Below, in pieces: positions 1 to 12,233 of a stretch of 64,000 nucleotides of DNA (position 1 is its first letter; every line of letters begins with the position of its first letter). The notes beneath the pieces were generated by a model. It did not search any database. It saw only the letters and a list, made by a program, of their open reading frames with translations, and was not told where the DNA came from. The position numbers were made by a program, and so were the translations under genes. Location of the stretch: NCBI GenBank assembly GCA_951406725.2, contig OX597829.1:42160001-42224000 (forward strand), given 5' to 3'. The DNA is from Octopus vulgaris. Lineage: Eukaryota.

Positions 1-315
1 TGTGTGTGCGTGTATGTGCTTGTGAACGCATTTTTCTGTCTTCATTTTTCATTTCCTTTTCTTTTCCCTTACCTCTCTGTGAAAATAAGTATCATAGAAG
101 CTAGCTAGTTTCAATTCAATAATTTTTAGTTGGATGTGAGTTGTGAACATTATTCTCTCGCCTGAATTATTCTAACTACCTATACTCTTTATTCTTTATT
201 CACTACTTTATTCTTTATTCACTACTTTATTCTTCTGTTGTATTCCTTATAAACTGCGAATCTATTTTATTCCCTGTAAATTGTAAATGTTCCCTGAGTA
301 AAATATTCATACTTT

Positions 316-391
316 GTCTCTGATAATGACTTACCTAGTGCACGGACACGCTAACCAACCAATTGGGTTATCCCAGAAACGGCTGTAAGAC
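316..391 (+). ncRNA. Degenerate type-I hammerhead ribozyme motif in a Penelope-like repeat remnant
   Basis: gtct-CTGATAA-(long stem II tg...ca)-GAAA-cggctg-TA-agac. Stem I gtct/agac pairs perfectly, stem III is near-palindromic, and core G8 is changed to A. Confidence 0.55.
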
Positions 392-743
392 TTCAAATTC
401 ACCTTAACCTAATTAAATTATTCTAAATGACTTGAGATACTCGTTCTGCCTTGGTTTTGGTTTTTCCTCTAATATAACATATACCTGCTATAACGGAACT
501 CTAATACGGATACTTAGATGCAACCTCAGCTGTGAACATGGAACCTAACGGACGACTAACTATAGCACTTATTCAGGGTACCTATTCGCTTAGATCACAA
601 GTGAACTAACCCCCTCATATTCTTAATATTTATATATATAGTTCATAAAAAAAAACGGAGAAAAAGACAAGAAAAGCTGCAGTGCGAGGACGTGGTACAT
701 GCAAAGTAGAAATAAGACGCTCAGAGAAGGAGAGGAAGAGTGA

Positions 744-782
744 CTGTTTTACGTTTCGAGCAAAACTCTTCTTCGGAAACAG
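744..782 (-). ncRNA. Minimal type-I hammerhead ribozyme motif (CCGAAGA core variant)
   Basis: Minus strand: ctgttt-CCGAAGA-a-gag-ttttg-ctc-GAAA-cg-TA-aaacag. 6-bp stem I, 3-bp stem II, minimal stem III, GUA cleavage triplet. Confidence 0.7.
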
Positions 783-1119
783 GAGATATAGGAAAGTCCA
801 AAAGAAAAGGAAGATGGAGATAAAAATCGTCAACAGTCCACGTGTAGTTACATTTTGGAATGACAGGAAATAGATGGACAAAGAAAAAGTGCTTTCTGAG
901 ACAGGAGAGTGTAAAGAATGGTTGATATCTGTGTGTATGAGTGGGTGTGCGCGTGTATGTGTCTCATTTTATTTAACATATACATGCTCACACACGACCC
1001 ACATTAAACTCACGCATACTATTATCGAACCGGTCCTTCCGTAGCACTTACATAGCCCTCCTTGCCACTTTGGGTCTTCTAAATACCAAAACCTCTCATA
1101 TACATATACATATATATAT

Positions 1120-1380
1120 ATTAATAAATGAAATAAAACATATGCATATATATAAACATATATGCACGTACCTACCTCTACATGTACATATACACGCATA
1201 TATGAGTACAGGACACCAAAGGGACGTCGAACACAAAGAGAAACGAAAACATAGACACAAACCAAAGGAACTGGACATTTTTTAAAAAAACAAAAAAAAA
1301 TGGAGTACAGGACAATTAACACAAAGAAAAAAACCCTTCTTCAGTCGCTATGGTTTCATCTACTCTACGTTTCGAAGGAT
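1120..1380 (-). mobile_element. Short interspersed repeat, probably Penelope-like; second copy at ~55440-55690
   Basis: Shares 'catatgcatatatataaacatatatg..tacctacctctacatgtacatatacacgcatatatg..tacaggacacc..cccttcttcagtcgcta..ggtttcatctactctacgtttcgaaggat' with 55440-55690. Minus strand carries hammerhead-like pieces (cgaaacgta; ctgaagaaggg). Confidence 0.6.
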
Positions 1381-1720
1381 ATTGTCAATCCTTAATGTAT
1401 GTAACAATTTCAGTATTTCGTACAAAGAAATTTGAAGTATATTATGGTTTTTAACAAGGAACTCTTTGAAGGGACCTTCACTTGGTGATATAACGCAACC
1501 TAAAAGCGTCTAACAACTCACATACATTAAAGTATGTGACATTGATGATGTTACAATATGGAGCTGCTTCTAGCATAAAATTTGAATTTTGACTTAGTTG
1601 TGCGGCACTGATGTACATCAGGAGATTTTATTTCAAGAGAAGTCGCCCCAAGTTATATTCAAAGTCGTTTGTAAAGAATGAAATGTTAATTTACTTGGAA
1701 AAAAAACAACGCAGTTATCA

Positions 1721-2094
1721 ACAAAAGCACCCAGAGAGTGCAAACATCTGCCAAGGCAACACCAACGTCCTGTCAACAATTAGCCAGAAATGATTCTTAA
1801 AATGAGAATATCTGAAATAAACTCGACTGCTCTTACAAACGAGAATACTAAAAATTAACCGGACCGCTCTCAAAAATTAAGTAAAAAAAAAACAGGAAAA
1901 ATAATCAAGAATCCTTGTCCGGTACTGGATCGATCCTAAAATCTAATCAATTTGTGCCAGTCACGAGACCAAATATCCCTGAAAGTTTCATCCGAATCCA
2001 TCCAAGAGTTCTTGAGATATCTTGTCCACGGACAAACTAAAAAAACAAACACGACTGAAAACAATACCTCTGCCTTAACGAAGGCGGAGGTAAT
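1721..2094. mobile_element. Non-autonomous Helentron/HINE-like element
   Basis: Starts 'acaaaagcacccagagagtgcaaacatctgccaagg' and ends '..gaaaacaatacctctgccttaacgaaggcggaggtaat' (terminal hairpin plus short subterminal inverted repeat). Internal 'tttcatccgaatccatcca..gatatcttgtccacggac'. Same architecture as 6260-6870. Confidence 0.6.
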
Positions 2095-2199
2095 AAGAAG
2101 GGTTGAGATTAACGCGTGCAAGATTTCGCAACTCTTGCATCATTCCTCACATAATCAACCTATGAACTTCTTGGCCCACCCTCGTACACCGGGACTAAG

Positions 2200-2613
2200 G
2201 CGGCGAGCTGGCAGAAACGTTAGGACGCCGGGCGAAATGCTCAGCGGTATTTCGTCTGCCTTACGTTGTGAGTTCAAATTCCGCCGAGGTCGACTTTGCC
2301 TTTCATCCTTTCGGTGTCGATTAAACAAGTACCAGTTACGCCCTGGGGTCGATATAATCGACTTAATACCTATGTCTGTCCTTGTTTGTCCCTTCTGTGT
2401 TTAGCCCCTTATGGGTAGTAAACAAATAGGTATTTCGTCTGCGTTACGTTGTGAGTTCAAATTCCGCCGAGGTCGACTTTGCCTTTCATCCTTTCGGGGT
2501 CGATTAAACAAGTACCAGTTACGCACTGGGGTCGATGTAATCGACTTAATACCTATGTCTGTCCTTGTTTGTCCTCTCTGTGTTTAGCCCCTTGTGGGTA
2601 GTAAAGAAATAGG
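2200..2613 (+). mobile_element. SINE family B: tRNA-like head plus two tandem 183-bp body units, flanked by a TSD
   Basis: A-box-like tggcagaaacg and B-box gagttcaaattcc. Unit restarts at ggtatttcgtctg (2246 and 2429). TSD cgtacaccgggactaag (2183-2199) / cgtacaccgagactaag (2614-2630). Confidence 0.85.
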
Positions 2614-2919
2614 CGTACACCGAGACTAAGTCTTCAAGATTTGATTATTTGGATTGAAGTAGCTTTGATATGTCTTGGCCGACAGAGCTGACGTGGGGTT
2701 TAAGAAAATGACCCCAATAAATCTATCCGACGTAGTGAGTGAACGAGTATGATACCTGAAATAAAGTTAAACCAATTGACTTTAACGCATTGTTAAATAC
2801 GTAGAGATAAGTGTATCTTGGATATTTATCTGTGGCTTGTTTCTGACGGAGGGCAATTGTAAGTAGATGAAAACTATGAATGAAAAGAAAAGAAGAGATA
2901 GATAGATAGATAGATAGAT

Positions 2920-2968
<49 letters not shown>

Positions 2969-3426
2969 AGAGAGGAAGCCAGAAAGAAAGAAGGAAGAAA
3001 GAAAGAAATGGAAAAATAAAATATACGGAATAAAAGAGGGGGTAAAGAGATGCGGAAACCATTGATTAATAACGTAGCTCCTGGGCAAAAGAATCTACGC
3101 AGGAATAAGGGGCGGATTGAGGTTTTGTAACTATTGTTTAGGTGAAGAAGAAAAAAAAAACCCCAACTAATTAATACGGTTTAGTGATGGAGAGAAATTG
3201 TTGTTGTTTATTCTTGTTGTATTTTGGAGGTTTAAGCATGCTTCGGTTTAATTGTAACCTTATCGGAGAACGAGCAATAAACGCGTAAAGGTAGAAGAGA
3301 GGTTGTACACTAGAATGCATAGATATGTCGTGTCACTCACAAAAACACACACAAACACACACATATTCACACACGTACACACACACATACACACATACAT
3401 GAATAAATAAATCCATGCATGAAAAT

Positions 3427-3468
<42 letters not shown>

Positions 3469-3646
3469 CATTTAGATATCTTTCAATTTATCTATCCATC
3501 AATATATATATATATATATATATATACATACATATATGCACACATCTGTATATATATATATGTATGTATGTATATGTATATACTGTATATATATATATAT
3601 ATATACATTTCAATATCTATTTATATTATCTATATCTATCTATCAA

Positions 3647-3757
<111 letters not shown>

Positions 3758-4279
3758 GCCTCTATTTATGCGTATGTGTGTGCATATGACTACACACACA
3801 CACACACACAAATATATATATATACACACATATCATTTAAATATCTATCTACTTAATTATCTATATATATATTTTTCTATCGCCTCTTTTGCCGAACCAC
3901 TAAGGTACGCAGTGAGATTGAACCCGGAACTATGCGGTTGAGAAAGAAGCTTCTTACCACATAGCCACGCCTGCGTGCGCGCGCACACACACACACACAC
4001 ACATACACACACACACACATACTTACACACACACACTAAGATATATGCAGGCGTAGTTGAATAGATAGATATTTAGATAGCTCGATAGGTAGATACTAAT
4101 TATTTACTCTTCCTGAGCTATATTCTCTCCTCATACCGTTCCCTGTCTTAACATACCCTTTAACCTCACCGATCTCCTTATTTCCCCTCTTTCATATACC
4201 TTTCATAGCTCTCCACATTTAATCGTTCTATCTTTAAACTTCTCTGCATTAAGATCTGAAATATAAAATCTTTCCTACC

Positions 4280-4395
4280 CTGATGACGGAATTCATCTCA
4301 TCCAATGTTTAATTGCAAGCATTACGGCCACATATTGAGATGAATCACATCTACCGACATTATGATGGATCACCGAGCCTCCTGAAACAGCTGTT
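4280..4395 (+). ncRNA. Degenerate hammerhead motif with extended stem II
   Basis: CTGATGA-cgga-attcatctca...tgagatgaat...tcct-GAAA-cagctg-TT. Palindromic stem III, but stem I no longer pairs. Confidence 0.45.
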
Positions 4396-4611
4396 AAACT
4401 TGTAACACCTTTATTCTGCCCCTTTAATTTATCCTGTCGTTTGTAATCTGTGTAAGTAGGACATATTAACATAAAAATTCATCATTCTCTCGTTTTACCC
4501 AAATTATCAAATTTAATATATTTAAAATAATTAACTTGCCTAATTTGACTATCTGCATAATTGACTCTGTCTGTCTGTTTCTCTCTCTCTCTCTCTATAT
4601 ATGTATGTATG

Positions 4612-4670
<59 letters not shown>

Positions 4671-4672
<2 letters not shown>

Positions 4673-5084
4673 TCTCCCTTTTACTCCTTTACTTGTTTCA
4701 GTCATTTGACTGCGGCCATGCTGGAGCACCGCCTTTAGTCAAGCAAATCGACCCCGGGACTTATTCTTTGTAAGCCCAGTACTTATTCTATCGGTCTCTT
4801 TTGCCGAACCGCTAAGTTACGGGGACGTAAACACACCAGCATCGATTGTCAAGCAATGCTAGGGGGACAAACACAGAGACACAAACATACACAATAATAC
4901 ATATATATATATATACATATATACGACAGGCTTCTTTCAGTTTCCGTCTACCAAATCCACTCACAAGGCATTGGTCGGCCCGAGGCTATAGCAGAAGACA
5001 CCTGCCCAAGGTGCCACGCAGTGGGACTGAACCCGGAACTATGTGGTTGGTAAGCAAGCTACTTACCACACAGCCACTCCTGCG

Positions 5085-5087
<3 letters not shown>
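4671..5087 (-). mobile_element. SINE family A, full length, inserted in (TA)n
   Basis: Minus strand: aggcgcaggagtggctgtgtgg (A box)..ggttcagtccc (B box)..ccttgggca (CORE-like), internal TA/TG microsatellite, 3' stem-loop cagtcaaatgactg, then a (gagtaaaa)-like tail. Confidence 0.9.
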
Positions 5088-5181
<94 letters not shown>

Positions 5182-5406
5182 TTATATTGTATATGTTTAA
5201 TTTTTTACCCGTTTCAGTCATTTAACTGCAGCCATGCTGGAGCACCGCCTTTGGTAGAAGAAATCGACCACAGGACTTATTCTTTGTAAAACTAGTACTT
5301 ATTCTATCGGTCTCTTTTGCCGAACTATGAAGCTTCGGAGACTTAAGCGATGGTGGTGGTAATGGTGGTGGGAGTCAAACACAGAGACATACACACACAC
5401 ATATAA

Positions 5407-5475
<69 letters not shown>

Positions 5476-6259
5476 CACGACGGAAACGAATCCATTTCCA
5501 AGTAATTTTATCTTAATCTTTTGGATATGACTCTACTCTATACTGTTTTCATTCGCATTGTTTTCTCTCTCGTCGTTTTCTCTAATTCCCTTGTTGTCCC
5601 CTTCACCGTTTTGTATCTGTCATTCTCTCCTCTCTCCTCTCTTTCTCTCTTTCTCTCTTTCTCTCTCGTTGCTCACACGTAGCCATCGTCCATCTTTCTT
5701 TTCCTCACGTGATCATATTTCTTTTTTTTCAGAACTGTCCTAAGGACTAGACGTATCCTATCTCTCACTTCTATCTTTCCTCATGTCAAAGAAAATATTT
5801 CTCCAGTGTTCACAATTTTCCCCCTTGTTCTGGGCTAACGGCCCTCCATGTTTGTTTTCGTTCGGTTTCCTTGTATGTCTCCACTGTCCTGTTTTTTGTT
5901 CCCAACTTTGATCCTCCATATAAATATATATATGATTCATAAATTATAGAGTAAATTAACAATATGCTCATGACTCTGTTATAGTTTATTCTGTAATCAG
6001 TAAAATAATCCATGATACATGGAAAAATACGATTATGAGAATTGGAAAAGAGATGAGGTGTGTCAAGGGAAAATGTTCATGAATGTTCACTTGAGGCAAT
6101 TCGAAAACAGATGCTCTGCTGGGAATTAATGAATTACATTTACCAATATGAAGAATTGAGTTCTGCTATATTGTTGTATCATTATATTCACTTATAGACG
6201 TCTTAAGTGTTTTTAGTGTCTCTTTCCTCGCAATTAAAAGGAAACTTCAATACATTTCA

Positions 6260-6870
6260 AACAAGAAAAGCACTCGGTGAGCGCAGATCTCCGCCAAGCA
6301 GCTCATTTCCACCCATATACACGCATGCTGAAAATCGCCCAATTTCCCAAACCAGCGCTGGCAAAAACATAACCGCCTTGGTGAGGTTAAAAAAAATTAC
6401 ACAACTATATGATTTTTTTAAAACTAAACGCTTTAAAAACAGGAATCATCTGAAGCAGTTATAATACATTAATAGTAACAGTAAGCTAGTTTCATCATAG
6501 AACTAAAGAGAAACCACAATTACCTAAAACTTGAGTGATACACACAACGCGAGTAAAATTACTAATAGAGAAACGAAAATAAACTTTGGAAACAGCAACG
6601 CCACCACAGGTTACGTTGAAACGATGAACGTGTTTTCGAAGGAGATAATCAAAGAACGTAACATGTAAAGTAAATAAAACAAAGGAAAAATTCTTCAAGA
6701 ATCCATAAAAATTCCCGGAGCACTACCAAAATTTCATCATCTGTTCCTTGTGAAATTACCAACTTTTCCTGCAAGTTTCATCAAATACCGTTTGAGTTAT
6801 TTTGCACGCAGACGGACAGACGGACAAACCAACGCCGATGAAAACAACCACCTTCCTTGGCGGAGGTAAT
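6260..6870. mobile_element. Non-autonomous Helentron/HINE-like element
   Basis: Begins 'acaagaaaagcactcggtgagcgcagatctccgccaag' and ends 'cagacggacagacggac..gaaaacaaccaccttccttggcggaggtaat'. Subterminal IR ctccgccaag/cttggcggag with a short gaca microsatellite near the end. Confidence 0.65.
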
Positions 6871-7501
6871 AAAAGAGAGTAATGAACGTCTCACATCACT
6901 GCAGAAATTTTTTTGCTGACACAACTGTCAGCAAATAGATCCTTTTCATATATCTCGGTTAATATTTTTATACTTTCTTTTCTTGACGCTCTTGAAAATG
7001 CAACATACATCTGGCCATGAGCGAAGAATTGTTTTGGGAGATGATATTATTGACTAAATAATTTCAATGTAGTGCCCCAGCATGACCGCAGCCTAACGCA
7101 ATTTGAAAACTTAATTCTATTAGATAGGGATTATAGTTTTTCGCTTTGATACATATTTTATGAACGCGAAGAAAAGCTATTTGTTACATATGGAATTCAA
7201 ACGGAAGTTGACATTTAAAACAGAAGCGAATTAAGCATTATAATTTATGTTTATTATACAAATAAACTTTATAGTTTAAAATTTTTTAATATTCATTTTT
7301 AATTTCTTTAAAGTAATTTGACATTTTTTAATAACGTGTGGTGGGGTGCGAACTAGACACAGTCACGCACTTCTTCAATCATTTTAATATGTATATATAT
7401 ATATATATATATAACAAGAAAGAACAAAAAAACACAACAACGCGAGGACGTGAAACAAATATAGTATTATTGGACGCTCAGGAAAGAAGGAAAGAAGGAG
7501 G

Positions 7502-7536
7502 GTTTAACGTTTCGAGCGGACCTCTTCGTCGGAAAC
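7502..7536 (-). ncRNA. Minimal type-I hammerhead motif (CCGACGA core)
   Basis: Minus: gttt-CCGACGA-a-gag-gtccg-ctc-GAAA-cg-TT-aaac. Flanks (gcgaggacgtg..gacgctcag) are related to the element around 680-830. Confidence 0.65.
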
Positions 7537-9388
7537 ATAGGAGAAGTAAAGATCCAGAGGAAAAAAAATCGCCAACGGTACACACGCGGTCACACACACA
7601 CACACATATATATATATATTCAGAAGTATTTTTAATGAAAGCTTATATCGTGTTTTATTCCCTTGTCATTTACTCTATATTCCATTCTGAAATAATAAAC
7701 TCTCTGCTGAAATATCTCCACACTCCCTCTGGTAGGGAGTCCGCCTCACTTTTAAAATCACTAGATTCGTGCGTAGTAAAAAAAAATGTCTTGGCGTATT
7801 CATTCCTGGTGTCTGTACTCCGAATTTAAATCTCATAGAGATCAACTTAGCCTGTGTCCATATCAGGGATGATAAATTAAATATTATAGTACAAGGTTCA
7901 ATGTCTTCTCCCTTCTCTTTCTCCCCTTCTCTCTTTATCATAAGTTTTCCATTCGGCCTATACTTCACACTGATTCTGCTTTACAATTAATGTAAAGGAT
8001 ATACACTTACGTGTACTATACCCATATGTTAATTTCACGAGTATGGATTCAAGTATTCGAACAACCGGACGCTCATCGTCGACATCAACGCGAAGTCCAC
8101 CATTATTAATCCCCGAATAGCTAGCCCAGCGATTGCAATGAAGCCTCGTCTGTGTGAATAATTTATAACCGCCATGAAGAGTTACCGGAGAACGTGCAAT
8201 ATGTTCATATATTTATAAGAAACCTGAGTTTTACATATAAATTTGTTTAATGAGTTGTGAAGTTCATTGAAATTCTGTTTTATGACAAGTGTGAATCATA
8301 TCTTCGTGTATGCTTTAACGTGATACCAACCAGTTGATGACTTAATTTTAGCGACTATTTCAACGTTCATGAAACCAACAGACAATATGCGTTGAATGTC
8401 CGCAATGTGTTGATTACTTGTAACACCAGCAACGTTCAACGTAAAATGATATTCATCACGTGGGGAAAAGACACCGCATTAAGTATAATTACACAGGTGT
8501 TTACTGCCAAACACCTTTCGTAGAAGTGATCGATATATCACAAGTGTGTATCTTCAAATGAACTGCAATTTGCACTCGCTTCTTAGATTGTAGAGATTAA
8601 TATGAAACAAGTTACACCAAACTCTGGTATTTTTGTCAATCAATTTTCTCATCTAAGAACAATAGTGGCTATGTATAGTCTCTTTGGGAATTGGTATATG
8701 ATGGAAATATGGCTTTTGACCAAAGAGCATATGTAAATGACAACATGTCCTACTGCACATAAATACTCACAAACATATGCACGCGCTCACACACACGTAC
8801 ACACATACACACCTAAACCCACCCCACCCCACACACACACGCCCAGCCAACCAACCAACCGACCCACCCATACCCACACACACACGCACAGACATTTAGA
8901 CACATATGTGTCTAGGAACCAACACTTTTTACTTCAGTGATAATAATATAAAGAGACTTAATTATCATTTGTTCATTAGTGTATTCAAAATTCAACACTG
9001 CGAAAACAAATATATCTTGAAATGTTATTTTAACTTTTGAAGCGTAGTAGCTGTCTAAATAATCCCAGAAGACTTCTTTTAAGACGTAAAGCGGAAAATA
9101 TCTATTTGAATTGATTTACTATCCGCCTGGAGATAAATTAGTTAAAGACGTTTCCAGCATATTTTCTCACCTAGAAAACTTACTATTAGCAGCTTTGATG
9201 TTGGAACGCCTGAAAATTAATTCTGTGTAAGACTGCATATAGTTTGTCGGATAGTACAGAATATATATATGTAACTTAACGATCTGCAATACAATTTTAC
9301 TGTGTTTTTAAAAAAGTGAATAATTTTTGTAGGATTAAATACTTGCTTTGTGTGTTTATGAAACGTATTTGTCATGTAAGAGATGTTG

Positions 9389-9436
<48 letters not shown>

Positions 9437-9468
9437 TTTATTTAAAGCAGCAGAAAATTCAACAAAAT

Positions 9469-9506
9469 CTGTTACTCTGAGTTTCTCGTTGCCGTTCTTC
9501 AGAAAG
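9469..9506 (-). ncRNA. Hammerhead motif, partly decayed
   Basis: Minus: cttt-CTGAAGA-acggcaacga-GAAA-ctcagag-TA-acag. Same family as 13821-13873 and 32944-32989. Confidence 0.55.
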
Positions 9507-9547
9507 TTTTTGCTAGAATATATATATATATATATATATTATATATC

Positions 9548-10425
9548 CGAGATCTGATCAATGTGTATCAGGACTGTTGCCATAGTAACGAAATCATCAT
9601 CACAGTGAAGCCGCTTAGCACTGATTGATCATGAATTCTGTTGTGCATGCGCACTAAGTTTTAACTTTCTAGCTCAATTTCGCTGTTTACAGCAGTGTTT
9701 GGAAGAAACGTGTGTAGAGTGTGATCGTCGCATTGACCATGACAGAAAATTGCCATGGCGATACCTGCTCAGAGGCCTACGCAAGGTTGCAGAAAGTGTA
9801 TGGAGAAGAGTGTATGAGACGCACACGAGTGGTTCAGACGTTTCCAAGATGGCAGAAAAAATGTCGATTGTGACGAACGTTCTGGGAGACACACAACCAG
9901 CAGAGCTGAGAAAAAACATTGCAGATGTGCGTGCAGCAGTGAGGTGAAATCGTCGAATTACCATCCATGAGGGTGTGTAAATTAGTTATGTTTTTTAAGT
10001 TCAGTCCTTTATCACTGAAGATTTGAGTATGAGACCCGCGTCTGCCAAGTTTATGCCAAAACTGCTTTCAGCTGACCAAAAAGACACTCGGGTTTCAGTT
10101 GCACAAGATCTCCTCGATTGTGTTGAGAACGATGGAAGCTTTTTGAAAAGTTTGCGTATGTCTCTGAGCAGGTATCACTAAGCTTTTGGCAAAATTTGAT
10201 GCAGATTCTCTGTTCAACTTTCTCGGACATGCTCAATGCGACAATCACACGCTATTTACGTTCCTTCCTGGCGGTGGGTGCTGTAAGCAGCAGAAGTAAG
10301 CTAGAACGTTAAAACTTAGTGCACATGCGCAGCAAAGTTCAAGGTCAATCTGTGCTGAGTGGCTTTTATCTGTGAGCTTTAGCTTCGTTACTATAGCAAC
10401 AGTCCGGATGCTTATTGATCAGACC
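9548..10425. mobile_element. Mariner-derived non-autonomous element with ~140-bp inverted ends and transposase remnants on both strands
   Basis: Left end gatctgatcaatgtgtatcaggactgttgccatagtaacgaa matches the reverse complement of right end ttcgttactatagcaacagtccggatgcttattgatcagacc. Plus strand encodes WFRRFQDGRKNVDCDERSGR and SAKFMPKLLSADQK. Minus strand (ORF 10051-10248) encodes MSEKVEQRICIKFCQKL. Confidence 0.85.
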
Positions 10426-10571
10426 ACACACACACACACACACATATTCATCTTACGATGAAAATAAACAAACACAGTTTGTTTTAGAAGCATTGAGATG
10501 TATTGAAAGATACAGAAATAATTTTTTAATTCTCAAACGTTATCCATACATTGCAGAAAAAATGCGTTACC

Positions 10572-10643
10572 GGCCAGCCATGAGACTCGAACACACATCC
10601 CTGTGATTACGCGTCAAGTGCTTTACCATTAAGCTAAACTGGC
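10572..10643 (-). pseudogene. tRNA-Thr(CGT)-like sequence inside a repeated unit
   Basis: gccagtt-tagcttaatggtaaagc-acttga-cgCGTaa-tcacagggatgtgt-gttcgagt-ctcat-ggctggcc. Acceptor stem pairs, A and B boxes present, anticodon stem imperfect. Partial inverted copy at ~10763-10818. Confidence 0.6.
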
Positions 10644-10930
10644 CATTAACGAATTCTTCTGCAATTTTAGAACTTATAAATTTAGCTTCAGAAGACGCTA
10701 ACGTTAAATTCGACTAACGTTGAAAGTAAACAAAGTTTGTTTTAGAAGCGTTGAGATGTATTGGTAAAGCATTTGACGCGTAATCACAGGGATGTGAGTT
10801 CGAGTCGCATAGGTGGCCGGTAGCGTATTTTTCTGTAATGTATGGATAATTTATCCTGTTCATGCTATTTTATTAGCACTATCATGCGTTTGAGAATAAA
10901 AAAAAAAAATTCTGTATCTTTCAATATACA

Positions 10931-11510
10931 CTAGCTGAATAGCCCGTCGTCGCGGGGCAGTTTTTACAATAGAACATCTTATATAATTTTTTTGTGTATT
11001 CCATGTCTTCCCCTACAGATAGGCCTCTTAAACAGGAGAGATTTGTGCAGCTTTTCGCAAAAAAAATTGTTTAGGATTTTTTCCGTTTTGAATTATTTAT
11101 ATTCTACCGTTTTGAATTATTTATGTTCTACCGTTTCACATTTCTTTATTTATTAAAACTTATTAAAATTTCACAAATTATTACAACTTTGGTCGTCGTA
11201 ATACTTTGCTTACGTTTGTTTAATAAAAATCCCTCCTCATAATGATTTTGTTTTCATTTTGTGATAAACAGCTAACATGCAAAAAATGCCAGCTTCCAAA
11301 TCCTGTTTCTTGATTGGGTAAAATTGATTAAACATCAGTAAAATTTTTCTGCAATTTTTCTGGAACAAATAAATAACAAAATCGGATTTAACGTGGACAA
11401 TTATTTCAATATGCCAAATTTGAAAATTTTGACGTAATTTAAAAGTTTCACAATATGTGACAGCAATAGGGAAGCCCCTACAAAAATAGGGAGAGACAGT
11501 TATAGGACGT
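10931..11510 (-). mobile_element. Helitron-like non-autonomous element; 3' end clear, 5' boundary uncertain
   Basis: Minus-strand end reads gccc-cgcgacgac-gggc (hairpin) tattcag-CTAG|T at 10931. Confidence 0.5.
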
Positions 11511-11511
11511 G

Positions 11512-11558
<47 letters not shown>

Positions 11559-11673
11559 TACACACACACTCACACACACTAAAACGCATACACAGAAACC
11601 CACACACATTTACAAACGTACACACACGAGTTTAACATGGCATATAGTAAACATACGTACGTATATACAGACG

Positions 11674-11745
<72 letters not shown>

Positions 11746-11989
11746 CATGTATCTGCATGTATCTATGTATTTACGAAGGCATGTATGCAGCATTGCGTAT
11801 ATATGACAGCTGTATTAACGTTACTATCCCACTGCCACTCCATATTTGTCGCTTACACAGCGCTGTTGCCCCCTTCCATGATATCAGTCACAGTGACTAT
11901 AACACCACATTTCCCTCAAACTAACACTGTTGCACCCTTTTTGCTACAGGAACAAACCCTGAAATTTTCAGTGGGAGCGGGATGCTCGG

Positions 11990-12140
11990 TTACAGCGACT
12001 CAAATACTTAACTGGTACTTATTTTATCGCTCTCGAAAGGCAAAGTAGACCTCGGTGGAATTTGAATTCTGAACGTAAAGACGGGCGACATATCGCTAAG
12101 TATTTGCGCGGTGTGCTAACGATTCTGCCAGCTCGCCCCT
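11990..12140 (-). mobile_element. SINE family B, diverged
   Basis: actggtactt..gaaaggcaaagtagacctcggtggaatttgaattctgaacgtaaagacgg..gctaacgattctgccagctcgcc is the reverse complement of the family B head and body. Confidence 0.75.
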
Positions 12141-12158
12141 TCAAAGTATAATAATGTA

Positions 12159-12194
<36 letters not shown>

Positions 12195-12196
12195 TG

Positions 12197-12233
<37 letters not shown>

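Noticed and set aside
10572-10643. Functional tRNA-Thr gene
   Set aside because: Anticodon and T stems are imperfect and it lies within a repeated, inverted unit. The heads of SINEs A-D were likewise not called as tRNAs.
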